A stretch of 19,979 bases of DNA, from the NCBI GenBank assembly GCA_964419615.1, contig CAYQPU010000032.1:1-19979 (forward strand), given 5' to 3'. The notes under the pieces are model-generated. The model was not told where the DNA came from. It did not search any database and saw only the letters and a list, made by a program, of their open reading frames with translations. A program made the translations under genes and the position numbers. Source of the stretch: an uncultured Methanosarcinales archaeon (GTDB taxonomy: Archaea; Nanobdellota; Nanobdellia; Woesearchaeales; JAGVZT01). Below, piece by piece: positions 16,977-19,979 of this stretch. Position 1 is the first letter of the stretch, and each line of letters starts with the position of its first letter.

Positions 16977-17820
16977 CATGCTTAGGTATCCAGACTTTTG
17001 TTTCTTTCTTACCTGCACGTTTTGTGGCATACAAAGCTTGATCTGCTCTATTCACAAGATCTTCAATTTTATTATCCGAAGGAATTAACTGTGCCACTCC
17101 TAAACTAATTGAGATAGGAAGATTGAAATCAGAGTACAATTGCCTTGCAACATAGGTTCTCAACCTTTCAGCCATTAGTAAAGCTTCATGTTCAGCCATT
17201 TCTGGAAGTAAAATAACAAACTCATCTCCACCATACCTACCAAGTAAGTCTATATCTCGAGTGTTACTGTTTAGATCTTTCGCCATTGCAATTAAAACTT
17301 GATCCCCAATTGTATGTCCATGATTATCATTATATAACTTAAAATCATTAATATCAAGCATAATCACAGACAGAGGTCTTGTATGTCTTCTAGCAAGCTT
17401 ATGTGTTTCAGTTGCTTTTTCAAAAAAATATCTTCTATTATAAACTCCAGTTAATGGATCAGTTATAGATTGTTGCTTATAATGTTCAATAAGACCGACT
17501 TTTCCAGTTATATCTTCAACAGAAACTATCCAACCTTCAAATCCATTCTCACTCCTATTTCCTGAAATCTCCAAATGATGGTTTTCTTCTCTTTTTTTAA
17601 ATTTCCCATCAACTAACATTTTTTCAACTCTAAATGGTTTATTGTAAAATCTCTTAGAATTAAGTAGGTTTTGTAATCTGGTATTATCTTGTTTTAGACC
17701 AAGCATGTCATACAAAGACATCCCCAACAACTCTTCGCCAGAATATCCAACAATTCCACTCATCTCAACAGCCTGATTCGCCCATAATATCTGTCCTTCA
17801 TAATTAACATCAAGATGCAT
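16954..17820 (-). CDS. PAS-GGDEF putative diguanylate cyclase
   Basis: PAS (ILWANQA...GYS.EELLG...V.DIT), DPLTGVYNRR, DINDFKLYNDNHGHTIGD, RDID I-site (RxxD), GRYGGDEF, SLGVA, ADQALY.TK.AG. The real gene probably extends to 18121. Confidence 0.92.
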   Translation of the reverse strand: MHLDVNYEGQILWANQAVEMSGIVGYSGEELLGMSLYDMLGLKQDNTRLQNLLNSKRFYNKPFRVEKMLVDGKFKKREENHHLEISGNRSENGFEGWIVSVEDITGKVGLIEHYKQQSITDPLTGVYNRRYFFEKATETHKLARRHTRPLSVIMLDINDFKLYNDNHGHTIGDQVLIAMAKDLNSNTRDIDLLGRYGGDEFVILLPEMAEHEALLMAERLRTYVARQLYSDFNLPISISLGVAQLIPSDNKIEDLVNRADQALYATKRAGKKETKVWIPKHVTLLQGN

Positions 17821-18121
17821 CTCTGGTGATTCAATAACCGGTCTTTCTTTTAGAAAAGCGGCACTGTATCTTTTTCCATCAATACTGATGTTTGATTCTG
17901 TTATCTCGATCGGCAGCCATCTTTCATCTGAATCCCAATAAAAATACCTATCTTCTCTATTTGAAATCAGCTGATCAAGAGTTAGCCCATTAACATTCTT
18001 ATAACCACTTAAATCAGAAGCAGCACTTGTTGCAGCAATAACTTGATTATCTTCAATTACTAGAATTGGTACACCTAAGCCATCATTGTTTTTATACCAT
18101 TCTGAACTTGTTATTTGGCAT
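17821..18121 (-). other. Unannotated in-frame N-terminal extension of the GGDEF gene encoding a further PAS-like domain; lacks an in-frame ATG/GTG/TTG
   Basis: The frame stays open from 17820 to 18138 (GLGVPILVIEDNQVIAATSAASDLSGYKNVNGLTLDQLIS...). The nearest ATG (18121-18119) is one base out of frame. Confidence 0.7.
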
Positions 18122-18152
18122 TTTAATACAATTACTATTTAGTGACAAATCA

Positions 18153-18205
18153 TATATAAATCTTTTGTTTTTATATATATTAGGAAATAGGACAGCATTT
18201 ATATA
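18153..18205. promoter_or_regulatory. Divergent TATA boxes for the GGDEF gene (-) and the Zn-ribbon/rnd operon (+)
   Basis: TTTATATA on the minus strand at 18160-18153, 31 nt before ATG 18121; TTTATATA on the plus strand at 18198-18205, 22 nt before ATG 18228. Confidence 0.55.
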
Positions 18206-18227
18206 CTCGCCTATATTTAACACATAT

Positions 18228-18503
18228 ATGGCTCCAAAATACAAGCAAAAATGCTCAAGATGTAGTAATTATGTGGCCATAACCAGATATCAAAGGTATG
18301 TGGTATGTGAAGAATGCCAGTTAAAAGAATCAAACCAGAAAATTGAGGATCCAAAATATAAAAAACTCTTTGATATTCCAAAAGATTACTACAAAAAAAA
18401 CAAATTTCTAAGAGATATTAAATTAAATTATCTTAGATACGAGAACCTAACAGAAAATCAGATAAAAGCCTTTAAAAAGGCAGTCAAAGAAATGAAAAAA
18501 TGA
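18228..18503 (+). CDS. Small Zn-ribbon protein (CxxC-x14-CxxC), 91 aa
   Basis: CSRC...CEEC. The start was reassigned from 18066 to ATG 18228 because the upstream part overlaps the PAS extension and the promoter region. The stop overlaps the next ATG (ATGA). Confidence 0.7.
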   Translation: MAPKYKQKCSRCSNYVAITRYQRYVVCEECQLKESNQKIEDPKYKKLFDIPKDYYKKNKFLRDIKLNYLRYENLTENQIKAFKKAVKEMKK

Positions 18504-19600
18504 ATTCTTACATATATGTAGATACTAAAGAGAAGCTGGAAAGAGAATGTAAAAATTTAGAAAAATATACTGAACTTGGTATAGATCTAGAGTGTGAGAA
18601 TCATCTGCACCATTACAAAATCTGTATAGCACTAATCCAAGTATCAAGCCATGATAAAAACTGGTTGTTTGATATAATAAAACTAAAAGATTATGCACCT
18701 TTAATAAGAGTTTTAGAGAACAAATCTATCCAAAAAATATTCCATGATATCTCTTTTGATTTTCGAATTCTTAACTATCAATTCAAGAGCACACCAAAAA
18801 ACATATTTGATACACAAGTTGCAGCTAAAATGTTAGGCAAAGAAGAAATCAGCCTTCGCTCCCTATTAAAAGATTACTTTGATATTGAAAAAGAAGAAAA
18901 ATTCCAAAGAGCAAATTGGACAAAAAGACCTTTATCAGAAGGTATGCTAAGTTATGCAGTAAAAGATACAGTTTATTTAATAAAACTAAGAAACATTCTT
19001 GTTAGAGAATTGCAGCAAAAAAACAGATGGGAGTGGACAAAACAAGAATTCCAAGCACTAGAAGAACTAGATTTCACATACAAGGATCCTGGATTTTTTG
19101 ATATGCATGGAATTGTAGGAATCACACCAAAAGAAAGAGCAATACTCAAAAGATTATATCACCTTAGAGAAAAACTAGCAAAAAAAGTTAACAGACCTGT
19201 ATACTTTATCATGAACAATAAGCAGATGAAGCAAATTGCGCAAGAACCACTGAAAACAAAAAAGCAGTGGCAGTCTTTGAGAAGAGTGCATCCAATAGTA
19301 AAATCTGAGATAAGACAATTTATGGATGCTGTATCAAAAGGAAGCAAAGAAACAGTTTTCATGCCAGTAAAAGAAAAAAAGAAATTCACACCTGAGCAAA
19401 GATCGATATATATTGCTTTAAATGAAGTTAGGGACAAGCTTTCAGAAAAGCTTGACATTAAAAAACATCTTATTTTAAGCAAGGGCCAAATGCAGCAAAT
19501 AGCATCAACTGGCAAGCTTGACAGTCTAAGAAACTGGCAAAAAGAGCATTTAATTAGTGCTGCAGGTAAAAAGCTTAAACTGAAATTACATCTCAATTAA
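18500..19600 (+). CDS. rnd: Ribonuclease D-like 3'-5' exonuclease (DEDDy) with HRDC domain(s)
   Basis: GIDLE (ExoI), ALIQVS, KIFHD (ExoII), FDTQVAA..LG, NW.KRPL...MLSYAVKD (ExoIII), and HRDC-like RE.LAKK.NRP.YFIM. Confidence 0.88.
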   Translation: MNSYIYVDTKEKLERECKNLEKYTELGIDLECENHLHHYKICIALIQVSSHDKNWLFDIIKLKDYAPLIRVLENKSIQKIFHDISFDFRILNYQFKSTPKNIFDTQVAAKMLGKEEISLRSLLKDYFDIEKEEKFQRANWTKRPLSEGMLSYAVKDTVYLIKLRNILVRELQQKNRWEWTKQEFQALEELDFTYKDPGFFDMHGIVGITPKERAILKRLYHLREKLAKKVNRPVYFIMNNKQMKQIAQEPLKTKKQWQSLRRVHPIVKSEIRQFMDAVSKGSKETVFMPVKEKKKFTPEQRSIYIALNEVRDKLSEKLDIKKHLILSKGQMQQIASTGKLDSLRNWQKEHLISAAGKKLKLKLHLN

Positions 19601-19618
19601 CAAAAACCTTTTTATATA
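19601..19618 (+). promoter_or_regulatory. BRE + TATA for tRNA-Gly
   Basis: CAAAAACC-TT-TTTATATA, ending 22 nt before G1 of the tRNA. Confidence 0.6.
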
Positions 19619-19660
19619 CTGTAATATTCCAGAACCTTATGCGTCGGTGGTCTAATGGCT

Positions 19661-19752
19661 ACAAACTTTTAAGAAAAGTTTGATCAAAACAGAGGCGGCA
19701 TGCGCTCGTAAAGCTCGCTTAGCCCCCTGCTGGTCATAAATGTTTGCCATAA
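19661..19752 (+). other. 92-nt D-loop (20a/21) BHB intron
   Basis: Perfect central helix ATGG/CCAT, bulges CT|A and AA|A, outer helix CAAAC/GTTTG. Confidence 0.9.
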
Positions 19753-19769
19753 ATGACTCCGGCCTTCCA

Positions 19770-19813
19770 CGCGTTAAGATCAAAGATCCACTAGATCTTT
19801 GCTTCGCAAAGAT
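19770..19813 (+). other. 44-nt canonical (37/38) intron
   Basis: Removal restores the anticodon loop. Central helix CTTC/AAAG with one C-A mismatch; internal hairpin CAAAGATC-CACTA-GATCTTTG. Confidence 0.87.
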
Positions 19814-19834
19814 AGCCGGGTATCCGGGTTCAAA

Positions 19835-19921
19835 TCGACCTTTTGCCGCTTCGCTGAAAAGCTCGACCAAAAATGGCGTCTTCGCCTTTGTCGAATCCGC
19901 TTTGCAAAAGAGTCTTGAAAG
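19835..19921 (+). other. 87-nt T-loop (59/60) BHB intron
   Basis: Central helix TTCA/TGAA (19916-19919), bulges AA|T and AG|T, outer helix GACCTTTTGC/GCAAAAG(A)GTC. Confidence 0.9.
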
Positions 19922-19979
19922 TCCCGGCCGACGCACTTTTTTTGGTCAAAAAATTTAAATAAACCTTCAACTTTATAAT

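Larger units (their letters stand above)
19641..19935 (+). tRNA. tRNA-Gly(UCC) with three introns (exons 19641-19660, 19753-19769, 19814-19834, 19922-19935; 72 nt mature, no encoded CCA)
   Basis: Acceptor GCGTCGG/CCGACGC + A73. The spliced sequence GCGTCGGTGGTCTAATGGCTATGACTCCGGCCTTCCAAGCCGGGTATCCGGGTTCAAATCCCGGCCGACGCA folds as a standard cloverleaf with loop CT-TCC-AA. Confidence 0.93.

Noticed and set aside
18066-18227. N-terminal 54 codons of the listed 145-aa ORF
   Set aside because: They overlap the PAS extension on the other strand and both TATA boxes; ATG 18228 fits the promoter spacing better.
3366-19596. Short antisense/overlapping ORFs (e.g. 3366-3572, 4721-4921, 5869-6066, 8833-9108, 12257-12691, 14482-14748, 15863-16117, 19159-19596)
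   Set aside because: They are shadows of well-supported genes on the opposite strand, with no motifs of their own.
19690-19696. CAGAGGC in the Gly D-loop intron, identical to the tRNA-Arg acceptor 3' strand
   Set aside because: Only 7 nt, explained by the local intron stem; insufficient for a trans-pairing or split-tRNA claim.
6870-19935. Whole region between the two tRNAs as one integrated element or provirus
   Set aside because: No integrase, terminal repeats or viral hallmark genes were found, and the content is mostly metabolic and transport genes.
19652-19958. ORFs 19652..19936 (-) and 19740..19958 (+)
   Set aside because: They lie over the tRNA-Gly gene; the open frames are a by-product of GC-rich structured introns.

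Overview
AT-rich archaeal chromosomal segment, most likely DPANN (Woesearchaeota-like; inference). Evidence for Archaea: BRE/TATA promoters, many apparently leaderless genes, oligo-T terminators, CCA-less tRNAs and bulge-helix-bulge (BHB) tRNA introns. In order, it holds a 5'-truncated cadherin/Ig-repeat surface protein, an S-layer-like membrane-anchored protein, an atypical kinase-fold ORF, bacterial-type metK and tRNA-Arg(GCG) with two introns. An orphan-rich stretch follows (HD hydrolase, wHTH-Nudix, CLec/FGE-fold protein, PD-(D/E)xK nuclease). After it come a HAD/IMPase/MFS/IMPase/EamA cluster, a PAS-GGDEF protein whose first PAS domain lies behind a frameshift or non-canonical start, a Zn-ribbon + RNase D pair, and tRNA-Gly(UCC) with three introns. 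The strongest signal is in the tRNAs. Three long non-canonical introns (D-loop 20a/21 and T-loop 59/60) in two genes 12.7 kb apart share one structured sequence module, which suggests a family of mobile or MITE-like BHB introns. All calls were made by eye from motifs; no searches were run.
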